Below, piece after piece: positions 51,222-61,465 of a stretch of DNA of 64,000 nucleotides. Source of the stretch: a virus (Duplodnaviria > Caudoviricetes); the IMG/VR virus record IMGVR_UViG_3300009710_000010, positions 30,549 through 94,548 of that record. One strand, written 5' to 3'. The position numbers were made by a program, and so were the translations under genes. Numbering within the stretch: position 1 is the stretch's first letter; every line of letters starts with the position of its first letter. The notes beneath the pieces were generated by a model. The model was not told the origin of the DNA and ran no database searches. It worked only from the letters and a program-made list of their open reading frames with translations.

Positions 51222-52640
51222 ATGGAACAAATCATCCAGCAAGTAGCCAACGACGGATCAGTAACTGGTTTCGGTTCGATGGATGCTGCTAAGGTAGACG
51301 CTCTTCAAAAAGCATTGTCTATCTCTCAAAACTACGGGACTACTGCTCCCGGTGCGTTGCAAGGTGGTTCTGCACTAGCTGTAGAAGATCTTGACCGTAC
51401 TCTTAAATTGGTCACTCATGGCCTTGAACACTTAAAACTTTGGAAAGACATTATCAAAGAAAAAGTTGTTCAAACTGTTCATGAGTATAACGTTCAAAAT
51501 AGCTACGGCCAAGAAGTTTCTCCATTTTTCCAAATGGGTGGAACACCTCAAGGTACTGATGCTAATTATGGCCGTGAATTCATCCAAGTTAAATACTTGG
51601 GTACTCAAGGTGCTGTTCAGCACAACTTGACTTTGATCCAAGCGGCTCATGGTCCGGTTATCGCTCGTGAAGTTAAGAACAAAACTGTTGAATTGCTTGC
51701 CCGCAATGAACGTTTTATGTTCGAAGCTGATTCTAACATCAACTCTTTAGAGTACGATGGTATTGAATCTCAAGTCAAAACTAAAGAAGCTCAATCTCAG
51801 TACAAGTCTACAGCATTTGCTGGATACGAAGCTGTAGGTTCTTCTGATTCTGTTATCGTTGACGTTCGCGGAAAGTTTGACGATGGCGTTGCTGAAGAAA
51901 TCGCGTTACGTAACGTGAACAACTTCGGTATGGCTATGGACTGTTACTTAGGTACAGACATCCACTCAACTTTCTCACGTGATTTCTACTTGAAACAACG
52001 TACTCTTCCTGGAGAGACTTTGACTTCTGGTAATCGCGTAAAAGAACATACTGGTTCAATCGATTACCGATTCAAACCATCATTGTTCAACCGTCCTCGT
52101 ATTTCTCCGTTGTCTGCTACCGTTTCTGCGCAATCTGCTCCAACCCTTGCTACTCTTACTTCTCCGGTTGCTGCTGATTCTCAATTTAAAGCAGCTGACG
52201 CTGGAACATACGGTTACAAAATGTCAATGGTTTATGCTGATGGTGAAACACTTCCATCTGCTGAAATCTCTGGCGCTGTAGCTGCTGGCGACGAAGTTCA
52301 AGTAGTTCCATCTTATGCCGGTGCACCACTTTACGCTAACGTATTCCGTTCTGGTAAAGATGCTGCTGGTTCTAACTGGAAGTTTATCGGTCGTATCAAA
52401 TTGTTAGGTACTGGCGTTGCAGTTCGTATCGACATCAATGAGAACGTTCCTGGATCTGGTAAAGCTTACTTGTTAATGCACGATGCTGACGCATTATGCT
52501 GGAAACAATTAGGTTCTATGATCAAGTATGACCTTGCGGTTACTGATACTTCATACAAATGGTTGCAATTAATGTACGGAACGCCTCTGGTTTCTGCAGG
52601 TCGCAAACATTGTATAGCCAAAAATTTAGTTAATTCTTAA
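51222..52640 (+). CDS. Major capsid protein (SPO1/Twort-like)
   Basis: LQKAL cleavage region, GGSALAVEDLDRTLK, LEYDGI, WKQLGSMIKYDLA, LMYGTP; biased codon usage. Confidence 0.9.
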   Translation: MEQIIQQVANDGSVTGFGSMDAAKVDALQKALSISQNYGTTAPGALQGGSALAVEDLDRTLKLVTHGLEHLKLWKDIIKEKVVQTVHEYNVQNSYGQEVSPFFQMGGTPQGTDANYGREFIQVKYLGTQGAVQHNLTLIQAAHGPVIAREVKNKTVELLARNERFMFEADSNINSLEYDGIESQVKTKEAQSQYKSTAFAGYEAVGSSDSVIVDVRGKFDDGVAEEIALRNVNNFGMAMDCYLGTDIHSTFSRDFYLKQRTLPGETLTSGNRVKEHTGSIDYRFKPSLFNRPRISPLSATVSAQSAPTLATLTSPVAADSQFKAADAGTYGYKMSMVYADGETLPSAEISGAVAAGDEVQVVPSYAGAPLYANVFRSGKDAAGSNWKFIGRIKLLGTGVAVRIDINENVPGSGKAYLLMHDADALCWKQLGSMIKYDLAVTDTSYKWLQLMYGTPLVSAGRKHCIAKNLVNS

Positions 52641-52665
52641 TTAAATTATAAAGTTTAAGACTTTT

Positions 52666-52695
52666 AAACCCGACCCTAATAAGGTCGGGTTTTTT
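52666..52695 (+). terminator. Rho-independent terminator after the capsid gene
   Basis: AAACCCGACC-loop-GGTCGGGTTTTTT. Confidence 0.85.
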
Positions 52696-52709
52696 GTTAT
52701 AATTTTAGT

Positions 52710-53126
52710 ATGAAAAAGTGCCTAACTTGCAAACAAGAAAAGCCTCTTACTGATTTTTATAATAGATCTCAGAGTCCTGATAAACTTCACTTCCACTGCA
52801 AAGAGTGTTCTAAAAATAAACGTAATAGATGGAATAACGAAAAAGGTAAAGATTATTGGAGACGAATATCGTACGTTAGGGCTTCATCTAAAACCGGTAT
52901 TGCTATTCAAGAAATATATGATGCGATAAAATCTCAAGACTTTAAATGTAAGATATGCAAATCCCCAGAAAAAGATAAATTCTTAGCAGTAGATCATTGC
53001 CACGCGACCGGTAAATTTAGAGGAATGCTCTGTCAGAAATGTAATACCGGGTTGGGTCAGTTTAACGATGACCCCGAATTACTACGACAAGCTATCTTGT
53101 ATCTTTTTCCTGAGCTTCAGCCTTAG
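52710..53126 (+). CDS. Endonuclease VII-type HNH homing endonuclease
   Basis: CKIC...VDHCHATGKFRGMLCQKCNTGLG. Confidence 0.88.
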   Translation: MKKCLTCKQEKPLTDFYNRSQSPDKLHFHCKECSKNKRNRWNNEKGKDYWRRISYVRASSKTGIAIQEIYDAIKSQDFKCKICKSPEKDKFLAVDHCHATGKFRGMLCQKCNTGLGQFNDDPELLRQAILYLFPELQP

Positions 53127-54068
53127 ACGCCAGATCTTGTAAATCTACTTTAGGTCCCTCTATATGGAGGATACTTACTAGATAAACTCCACCTTGAGGA
53201 GTCGTAACTGGTACTTTTACATAATTTAACTCTTTTTGATCAGTATGAGATAACAATCCAAGAACTTGCATAAAATATTCAGAATGTGCCAACTGCAAAG
53301 CAGCTTCTACCTCTTCTGCAGAAAACGATTTCTTTTCAGAACTCATATAGACTCCTTTTTAATTAATCCTTTTTCTTTCATAATTTTATAACAACCTTCA
53401 AATCCCTTGATAATCGGTGCTTGACTTTTATGAGGTCTTTCCATATTCGTTTCTTCTTTGGCAAATTCAATAGCTAATTTACGAAGTTCTTCTGGAAGTT
53501 CTTCATCCTTAACTTCCGATAACAAATCTCTAGCTTCAGTTAGTTTCTCAATTAATAAGTCTAAAGACTCTAAAGTCGAAAAATCTAAAACTACCTTATT
53601 AAGTAAATCAACTTTAGATGGAACTTTACCCAACTCAGTCTTTTCACATGTGACAAACTCCACCTGCGCACCAAATCTAGACTGTAAAATATGAGTCTTG
53701 ATTCTAACGGTACCTTTTCCAAAATTAACCATAGTTCCTTTATTGTTTTGAAACTTTTTGATCATCTTCTTCTCCTGTTACGGTTGTACTTAATCCCATG
53801 CATTTCATCTTAAACTCAAAATCATAATCAGCACGTTCTTGTTTCTTTTTCTGAATTCTCATCATTACAAAAAATGTAATAAAAGACAACACAAAAGCTA
53901 TACTTATTTTTATAATAAATTCTGTCATACTTTTCCCAGATGAGTTGTATCATTTGAAATCAAAAGATCAAATAAGAATTCGGTCTGATTAGTAACCCAG
54001 CATCGATTAATAATATGTCTCAATTTGGGATACCTTAAAATAAGATAGTAATAAGTAAGCTGATGCAT
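53092..54068 (-). CDS. Minus-strand cassette of four small hypothetical ORFs (53092-53346, 53343-53765, 53740-53928, 53925-54068)
   Basis: Overlapping, mostly ATGA-coupled; 53740-53928 has a TM helix. Confidence 0.55.
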
Positions 54069-54204
54069 TGATCCCCCGATCAATAAAATGGTATCTATTA
54101 TTGATGAATAAGTAAAGTTAAAATAGTGTATTAAAATGATACACTTAATTTGGCGTTTACTAAATCTATTAACAGTTGGTATTTTATAGTTAATCGGAGG
54201 CTAC

Positions 54205-54966
54205 ATGGATTTAGAAAAAGAGATTACGAAACTTGAAAAGAAATTTATTCGTGATGGACGGGAATCACTAGTTCGTGAATTAAGAAACTTGACAAATGAT
54301 CAGCGTCGAGATCGTTTAAAACAACAAGCTATCTTGATGCAAGAGATTGCTGATAATAAGGCTAAAGCTGAGCAGGAATTAGAACTCAAAATTCCAGTAC
54401 GAACACTAAAAGAGGCGATCTCTACAGTTAAAGAACATAACTCTCTATTTAGAGAACAAGTAGATGCTGCAAAACGTCTTTCACGTTTTATTCATCTATT
54501 AATTCAAGATTCCAATAAAGTTTAACTAAAACAAAGGATGTAACAATGATCCTAGTAGGAAAAGCCTTAACAATGGCAATTTTAGCAGTATGCCCAGGTT
54601 GGGATATAGATAACGGACAAGTCATTACTACGGCATGTCAAGAGTTTATGGTAAACTGCGTAATCAATAAGGCAGGTACAAATGGACCCACGAAAAGTCA
54701 AGTCGATAGCTGCAGAGACGAGCGAGAAGCTAGAATCAGACGCGGCGGTAAAGATATTCCCAGCACGCTCTTTAAAGAGTAGTGCCGGTGGCCCTATTGA
54801 TAAAGATGGCGAAGGTGGCGGATCAGATTCGGATGTAGATTCGTTTGTAATAGATATTGCTGATAACGGTTTTGTTTTAATTGTAAATTGTTTTGATGGT
54901 CTTCAAGAGAAGACAATACATAATACTATAGACGAAGTATTTGACGCTATTAGAAAGCGTTTTTAA
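54205..54966 (+). CDS. Small hypothetical proteins (54205-54525, 54546-54782, 54682-54966)
   Basis: SD motifs; the last two overlap, so one may be spurious. Confidence 0.45.
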
Positions 54967-55128
54967 TGAATAAAACTAAAATATCTATCTGGTCTAAATT
55001 GCAACCAAAACTTTACCCTGTGTGGGTTTTAATCATGGCAACGTGTATTATTTTAGCGGTTTTAACTGACAAATAAATCCGTTCACGAATGTCTATAGGT
55101 TTGTAACAATTATTTTGTGGAGGATCTC

Positions 55129-56184
55129 ATGTTTTTTGAGTCATATCAAATAGATAAGAAAACAAAGATTGGTATTACGCACCTCCTGTCAAATATAACG
55201 ACTCGAGAGGGTTCTCATAAGGGTGGATGGACTAGATTGTTGAAGTGTCAATTATTTAATATGGGATACGAAAACGTTACTATTTTAGATAATAAAAATT
55301 CACTTCAAGAATTTGAAGTTATCATCTTTGATTTGGGTGCTGAATTCTCTGGAGCATTAAACATGTTCGGTGGTTTAGATGAAAAAGTATTTAAAAGACT
55401 CTCTGAAATTAAATCCTTCAATGGTAGTTTTTATTCTTGGCGCAACGATCTTCCTGATTTATCCGTACTCGAGTCCCGCAGAACCAACGCCAGCACCTGC
55501 GAAGCTTTCAAGGCAACAGAGGCGACGTTCCTAAGTGATGTAAGCTCAAAATTATCATCATGCAAGACTTTTATGCATGCTTATAAAACAACTAAAGTTT
55601 TGATTGGTGATTCCCATACACCAAGCGTATGGACTCCAGAGTTTATGATTGAGCGTAGAGATGGGCGTACGCTTAAGGGGATGATCGATAAAGAAACTAT
55701 CCATAAAATAGTAAACACTAATTTTAGATTTCACGGAATGGATATTGATGCAGTTCATATTCACTGTAGTTCTATAGACATTCGACATCACGTTTTTAGA
55801 GAGCAAAATCCAGAACAATACATTGCAACTTTAGGTTCCCAGCTTTTAGATCGATTGCTTAATCTCCACGACCCATGTGAATTAATCGTAACCCATTCTA
55901 TGGGAATAGAAGATGAGTCTAGAGATCTTCCAAAGACTGGTTACTTCAAAGGTACGCCATTTATGGGCACGTGGGAACAGCGTAACTTAGCTAGAAACAT
56001 ATTTAATGCCGTAATGGATGAACTTCCAAAAATGGATCACGAAACTAAAGTAATAACGTTTCCAGAGTATTTCTTTGATGAAACTGGAAAACTTAAATTT
56101 GATGTAATGGAAAAACCACAATCGGTTCATTTATCCCCAGAGTTCTATCGATGGGACTTAGATAAAAACGTTAGGAGATGGTAA
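55129..56184 (+). CDS. Hypothetical enzyme with SGNH-like GDSH motif, first gene of the modification cluster
   Basis: LIGDSHT, IDIRHH, C-terminal SVHLSP. Confidence 0.55.
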   Translation: MFFESYQIDKKTKIGITHLLSNITTREGSHKGGWTRLLKCQLFNMGYENVTILDNKNSLQEFEVIIFDLGAEFSGALNMFGGLDEKVFKRLSEIKSFNGSFYSWRNDLPDLSVLESRRTNASTCEAFKATEATFLSDVSSKLSSCKTFMHAYKTTKVLIGDSHTPSVWTPEFMIERRDGRTLKGMIDKETIHKIVNTNFRFHGMDIDAVHIHCSSIDIRHHVFREQNPEQYIATLGSQLLDRLLNLHDPCELIVTHSMGIEDESRDLPKTGYFKGTPFMGTWEQRNLARNIFNAVMDELPKMDHETKVITFPEYFFDETGKLKFDVMEKPQSVHLSPEFYRWDLDKNVRRW

Positions 56185-57212
56185 TGGATATTTATTCTGA
56201 TGAATACATAAAGTATTTGTATTCACTTCCCCATAAAGAGAGAAATCGTAAGTTTATAGAAAACTTCCCAAATCTAAATATTTTAGATATGCCAGATCAC
56301 GGCGTACCTAGAATCGGTAAAGCTGAAAAAGAGCATAAGAATCCCAAAGGTTGGGTTAATATAGATGCGCTCCCTCCTAGAGATGAGTCAAAATCTCTTG
56401 AGTATTATTTAAGTTTAATTCCTAATTTTAAAGATCCATATCCAAATAATGTTGTAGAACATGAAGGAGTCCTGGTTATAAGAGACGATCTTATTCCTGG
56501 AAACTTAGGTTCAAAAGCCAGATACACAGAAGCTCTAATAAGTCAAGTTCCTCAAAAATACTTATTTTATGCCATGGTCCCGCAAGGTCAAGCTCTTAAA
56601 ATTTTAGCATCAGTTGCAAAGAAATATAATAAAATGATAGTTGCAATTGCGCCTTTAAGAAACGAACCAACCGAAGGCCATGTTGAAGCAATGATGCGAG
56701 GTGCGATCATGATGTTCTATCAGACTGGTGGAATGGCTGGAGCTAGAAAGCGTTGCAGAGATTTTATTACAGAACAATTAAATGGACAAGGTTTATATAT
56801 TCCAGCGGGAGTTAAGCACGAGTTGATAACTGCCGGATTCGCTAAATCATGTTTAGCTATCAATAACGAGTTCAAACCAGATGTGGTGTTTTCTGTAGCT
56901 AGTACTATGGTTATGAACCACGGTATTCAGTTAGGATTTCCTCAAGCAGAAATTTACGCAATACAAGTAGCAGGTAATTCAGCTTCAAGAAAATATCCAG
57001 GTAGAGCTAAAGTTATTGAGCATCCGCAACCGTTTAATGAACCATGTCCTAAATCAGATTTGCCTCCGTTTAATGCTATTGAAACTTATGATGCTAAAGG
57101 TTGGAAGTATGCTTTAGAATATAAAAAGGCAAACCCTGATAAAGTTGTAATGTTTTGGAACGTTGCAGGAGCTACTAATTTGGAGGATGTAAATGTTAAC
57201 AGCAATGGGTGA
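56178..57212 (+). CDS. PLP-dependent enzyme, fold type II (TrpB/cysteine synthase-like)
   Basis: VIRDDLIPGNLGSKAR (Schiff-base Lys region), YDAKGW, FWNVAG. Confidence 0.72.
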   Translation: MVMDIYSDEYIKYLYSLPHKERNRKFIENFPNLNILDMPDHGVPRIGKAEKEHKNPKGWVNIDALPPRDESKSLEYYLSLIPNFKDPYPNNVVEHEGVLVIRDDLIPGNLGSKARYTEALISQVPQKYLFYAMVPQGQALKILASVAKKYNKMIVAIAPLRNEPTEGHVEAMMRGAIMMFYQTGGMAGARKRCRDFITEQLNGQGLYIPAGVKHELITAGFAKSCLAINNEFKPDVVFSVASTMVMNHGIQLGFPQAEIYAIQVAGNSASRKYPGRAKVIEHPQPFNEPCPKSDLPPFNAIETYDAKGWKYALEYKKANPDKVVMFWNVAGATNLEDVNVNSNG

Positions 57213-57813
57213 CGTAATGCGAGAAGCTTACAAACGTGGGTGGATTACAACTAGAGATGGTAACGTTTCAGTAAAACAACATGACTGTTTTTATATAACT
57301 CCGTCTGGTGGAAGAAAATCAATTATACACCCAGAACATATATTAAAAGCTAAAATTCAAAAAGATAAATCTCTTAAATGGGTCAGAAACAAATCTGATA
57401 ATAAACCTTCTGGAGAATTAGAAATGCACCTCTTACTGCAGACTACCGACTGCGTTAAAAAGTACAGATCCGTTGTTCATTTACATCCAACATACACTAT
57501 TGCAGCTATGCACAAAGGTTTTGATCTTCAAAAACTAGCTAATGAATTTCCAGAAGTCAGTAGATACACTAAAGTTGGTCCTAATGTTCCAGTTCTTCCA
57601 GTAACGTCCGCAGTTCTAGCTAATTCAACATTTCAAATGATGACTGAAATTCCAGAGTTTACCATGGGTACTAAACTGATATATGATATTGTAGGTCAAG
57701 CTGGTCACGGAGTTACCGCAGTCGGAATGTCACCGTGGGACGCGTTTGAACATATTGAACGATTAGAACATATTTGCCAAATAGTTTTGGCATCAGGGGT
57801 AAGTCCTAAATGA
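57193..57813 (+). CDS. Class II aldolase/adducin-family protein
   Basis: DGNVSV, ITPSG, PSGELEMH, VHLHP, GHGV. Confidence 0.88.
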   Translation: MLTAMGDVMREAYKRGWITTRDGNVSVKQHDCFYITPSGGRKSIIHPEHILKAKIQKDKSLKWVRNKSDNKPSGELEMHLLLQTTDCVKKYRSVVHLHPTYTIAAMHKGFDLQKLANEFPEVSRYTKVGPNVPVLPVTSAVLANSTFQMMTEIPEFTMGTKLIYDIVGQAGHGVTAVGMSPWDAFEHIERLEHICQIVLASGVSPK

Positions 57814-58151
57814 CTAGAGATAAATTATGTAAATTTTGCGATTCTAAATTTACTGATAACAGTAGATTTAATACACAGGAGCTATGTTCTAATTTCTGTA
57901 AAAAAGAACACATGAATTATCTTAGATACACCTCTATTTCAAAAGATCAATATTTAAAGTTATTACAAGTATCCAATTGTCAACTTTGTAATAAGTTATT
58001 TAACAAGAGACAGGATCTTCATATAGATCATTGCCACGAGACCGGTAAGGTTAGAGGCGTTTTATGTAGAAAATGTAACGTAGCTATTGGTAGTCTTGGG
58101 GATAATGCTCAAGGACTTCAAAAAGCTATAAGATATTTGGAAGGCGCATGA
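57810..58151 (+). CDS. Endonuclease VII-type HNH homing endonuclease
   Basis: CQLC...IDHCHETGKVRGVLCRKCN. Confidence 0.85.
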   Translation: MTRDKLCKFCDSKFTDNSRFNTQELCSNFCKKEHMNYLRYTSISKDQYLKLLQVSNCQLCNKLFNKRQDLHIDHCHETGKVRGVLCRKCNVAIGSLGDNAQGLQKAIRYLEGA

Positions 58152-59188
58152 TTAAAACTGAATTCTTTCAAGACTTCTTAGACTATTATATTAAAGCTAA
58201 ACATCTTCAAGAGAAGAATCTTGGAATATCTGTCATCAACAATGTCAACGATCCTTTAATGGATAATGTGACTATCTATGATACTGTCAATCGTCGATTT
58301 GCTGGATTCTCTAAAGCTTTAGAAGACATTCACGGCGTTAGAGTACGAAAGGAATTAAGTCGATATGCGGACTTTTCTAAAAAACTTACTTCTCATCAGT
58401 TTCATTTTATTCACCTGTTTCACAGGTTTACTGGTAGTGGCGCATCTTTTCAGCCAACTATTTTACCTGATGGAACAAGAAATCCAAACGAGCACGGATA
58501 CTACAACAATCATGTTGGAAAACTTGCCAACATTATAAGTAATCACGATATACCAATGGCAAAAGAGTACATCGTAACTCTTAAAGAACCGATGGTTACT
58601 TCTGTAGGAAATCAACCGCCATCTCTAAAAAATGGAGATCCATCAAAATACAGATTGGCCCAACAGTATTACTTCGATAATTTTGCAGATGCTTTTGTTA
58701 ATGATTATTTGACGTTTTTAATAAACAACGAATACAAAAATAATAAACCAACAGGAATTAAAGAAGCAGTCGATTTCTGTTGTGGATGGCATAAGTCTAA
58801 AAATTTCAAACAGTGGCATTTCGTAATGACCGCCTTCGTAATGGACACAGCTGAGTATTATCCAGAATTAGTAGATCCAAATTCACATTGTTATTATGGT
58901 GCTAATTGCATTAGATCATTTGACCTTATCTTTACTAAAGAAAAAGGTGATCCTAAAAGTAAAGCAGACTTTTACGAACAGTGTATGACAGAACTTTGCA
59001 AAGCAGTAAACGGTAAACCTTATGATGTTGAAGACGTTTGCTGCGATTACATTAGATACGTTAAAGAGTATATTCCAAAAGGATATACTCATCTTACAGA
59101 AGAACAACGAATTAACAACTCCACGCTAAAACAAAATGGCGCTTATCCATCAGAGATCCTAGAAAAAATCAACAAAGTATTGGGGTAA
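58148..59188 (+). CDS. Putative DNA base-modifying enzyme (HhH-glycosylase-fold, aGPT-Pplase/5-hmU kinase-like, tentative)
   Basis: IYDTVNRRFAGF, FHRFTGSG, YYGAN, YDVEDVCCDYIRY recall this family; gene context supports it. Confidence 0.45.
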   Translation: MIKTEFFQDFLDYYIKAKHLQEKNLGISVINNVNDPLMDNVTIYDTVNRRFAGFSKALEDIHGVRVRKELSRYADFSKKLTSHQFHFIHLFHRFTGSGASFQPTILPDGTRNPNEHGYYNNHVGKLANIISNHDIPMAKEYIVTLKEPMVTSVGNQPPSLKNGDPSKYRLAQQYYFDNFADAFVNDYLTFLINNEYKNNKPTGIKEAVDFCCGWHKSKNFKQWHFVMTAFVMDTAEYYPELVDPNSHCYYGANCIRSFDLIFTKEKGDPKSKADFYEQCMTELCKAVNGKPYDVEDVCCDYIRYVKEYIPKGYTHLTEEQRINNSTLKQNGAYPSEILEKINKVLG

Positions 59189-59189
59189 C

Positions 59190-59753
59190 ATGAAGACGTA
59201 CGTTATAAACCTCCTCGGAGGTTCCGGTCTTGGTAAATCTACCACGGCTTCTTTAGTATTTGGAGAATTAAAACTCAGAGGTGAACTTTCTGAATTAGTG
59301 AGAGAGTTCGTTAAAGAGTGGGCATGGTCTGGTAAAAAAGTGGGACCATTCGGACAATCTATCATCTACGGTCAACAGCTAGAACGAGAATCTTCTCTCT
59401 ATAATAAAGTTGAGTTTATAGTAACAGACTCTCCGTTGCTTCTATGTCCTGTCTATCAAAAACATTATAATGGACACGAGTCAATTAAGCATTCTGTCTT
59501 TTCTGATATGAAGTTAGCAGCTAAGCAAGACGTAGTTCACATTAACTTTCTTTTAACTCGTCAGAAGCCCTTTGATTCTAGAGGGCGGTACGAAGATGAA
59601 AAGACGGCTAAAAGTATTGACCGTAAAGTTGAAGCATTTTTAGACTATCATGGGATTGACTACATTCTTGTTGACGTAGCTGATCAAGATAGAGTAAAAT
59701 TCATTACTGAAACTGCTCTAAGAATTCGATCAGAAGGAGTTAAAAATGGTTGA
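59190..59753 (+). CDS. P-loop kinase (NadR/AAA_28-like)
   Basis: GGSGLGKST, EFVKEWAW, VTDSPLLL, GRYE. Confidence 0.8.
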   Translation: MKTYVINLLGGSGLGKSTTASLVFGELKLRGELSELVREFVKEWAWSGKKVGPFGQSIIYGQQLERESSLYNKVEFIVTDSPLLLCPVYQKHYNGHESIKHSVFSDMKLAAKQDVVHINFLLTRQKPFDSRGRYEDEKTAKSIDRKVEAFLDYHGIDYILVDVADQDRVKFITETALRIRSEGVKNG

Positions 59754-60389
59754 AGTAAAATGCGCCTGTGGTAAGAACAAACGTAATTTTAAAGTTGATG
59801 TAGGTTCTTATGTAGATGAGTGTTGTATTGAGGCTGGATACGATGAACTCGGTAAACTTAAAAAGAAGCCTTTAGATACTAAAGATCTTCCTTCTGAGGA
59901 AGAATTAGCCAAAGCTGCAGCTAATCTTAAAGACGATCCAAACGAGGAAATGGCTAAACTAGAAGATCAAAAAGAGGATAAAGAAGATCAATCTGATGAT
60001 TCTCAAGAAGATCAAAAAGAAGAAACTAAAGAAGAAAAGAAAGCCCGTAAGAAAGCTGAAAAAGCTGCTGCAATGGCTGCCCAGAGAAAAGCCGAAAAAG
60101 AAGCTAAAACTGAAGAGACTACAGAAAAGGCAGAATAATGGAAGTCAAAGAGACCTCAGTATTTGAAACTCAAAATGCGGATCTTGGGACATTTCTTTTA
60201 TTCGAAGGCATTAAACTTATCGAATGTAAGAAGTCCCCAACTAATCCACGTGTGGTCGTACTGAGGTTCCTTGATGAGAAGAAAAATTGCCTAGATTTAG
60301 AACGTGTGTATTTAAGCTCACCTTATAAAAAATTTAGAGATATTAATAAGTATCTTTTAACTAAAATCCATGAAGCAATGCGGGAATAA
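59746..60389 (+). CDS. Two hypothetical proteins (59746-60138 charged low-complexity; 60138-60389)
   Basis: Translationally coupled ORFs. Confidence 0.55.
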
Positions 60390-60488
60390 CTCTCACATTC
60401 GTTAGAAACGTCTCACATCAAGATTGATAAAATTATAGCAGGTCGCAAGAGCGATCTTGGCTGTATAGTCGATTTGATTGGATTTGAA

Positions 60489-61465
60489 ATGATACAAACT
60501 AAGTTTGCCGCAGTGTCTGCGCAACCATTTACATCTGACGGGGATTCAGAAGGTAACTTAACTGTTGCCGACTCTACTTTATTTAAAGTCCAACAAATTA
60601 TACTTTTAAAATCGAGTGCTCAACAGCCTCGAGAACTACAAATTAAACGAATATCCGGTCCTAACCAAATTAAAGTCGGTAAATTAAAATCACCTATCCA
60701 CGAAGGTGTTGATATTTCAGACTTCCTGGTTGCGGACGGGGCTACCATACAATCTAAAGAACAAGATAGACCCACAATACCTCCTGATGCTTTTCAAAGG
60801 GCTGTATACGATGAGGAGCCCACGGTTGCTATTAGAACTACGTCTGTTGACGCCTTAGGAAACAAGTATTCTACTAAAAATCCTATGCCGGTGAGACTAT
60901 CTGATGGAGACATCAATATAGGAACGGTTAACGGGGAATTAGAAGTCCAGCTATCTCATAAAGATGGAGATCCAGATTCCGGAGATGTTCACGATTCTAT
61001 TAGAATTGGTGACGGCGTAAACGAGGCGACCGTTACCAAAGCTATAACTGGAACTAAGGCTGGACTAAACATAAATTCTATTAATGATGCTTTTTCTAAG
61101 CCTTTTAATAAATTAACGGTCCTTACAAAAAATGATGACGGGGACCCTCTAACAATAAGATCGTCTTATTTTGGGACTCCGGTTCAATTGGCAACAGTAA
61201 TATACGATTCTGACGGCGATTTTCAGGACATTGAAGTGAGTGATTTATAATGGGAAAATCAGTAAGACCTAGACGAAAAATTTCTATAAACCCGACTACT
61301 GGAAAACTAGATCTAGTATCGGATAATAACTTTAGTTATGAAAGCGTACCAAATAATAAAAGATTACATATTCCAGAAAACCACCAAATGGTAGTACGTG
61401 AGGAATTTGAAATAGAGACTGGATCAGAATTAAAGCTTGATGGATCCCTAATTGTGGAGGAATAA
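60489..61465 (+). CDS. Two putative virion structural proteins (60489-61250, 61250-61465)
   Basis: Beta-rich, behind a TGATAAAAT promoter, TAATG-coupled to the fibre gene. Confidence 0.55.

Noticed and set aside
53092-54068. Minus-strand cassette as a second invertible segment
   Set aside because: No flanking inverted repeats or chimeric ORFs seen; it looks like an ordinary divergent operon
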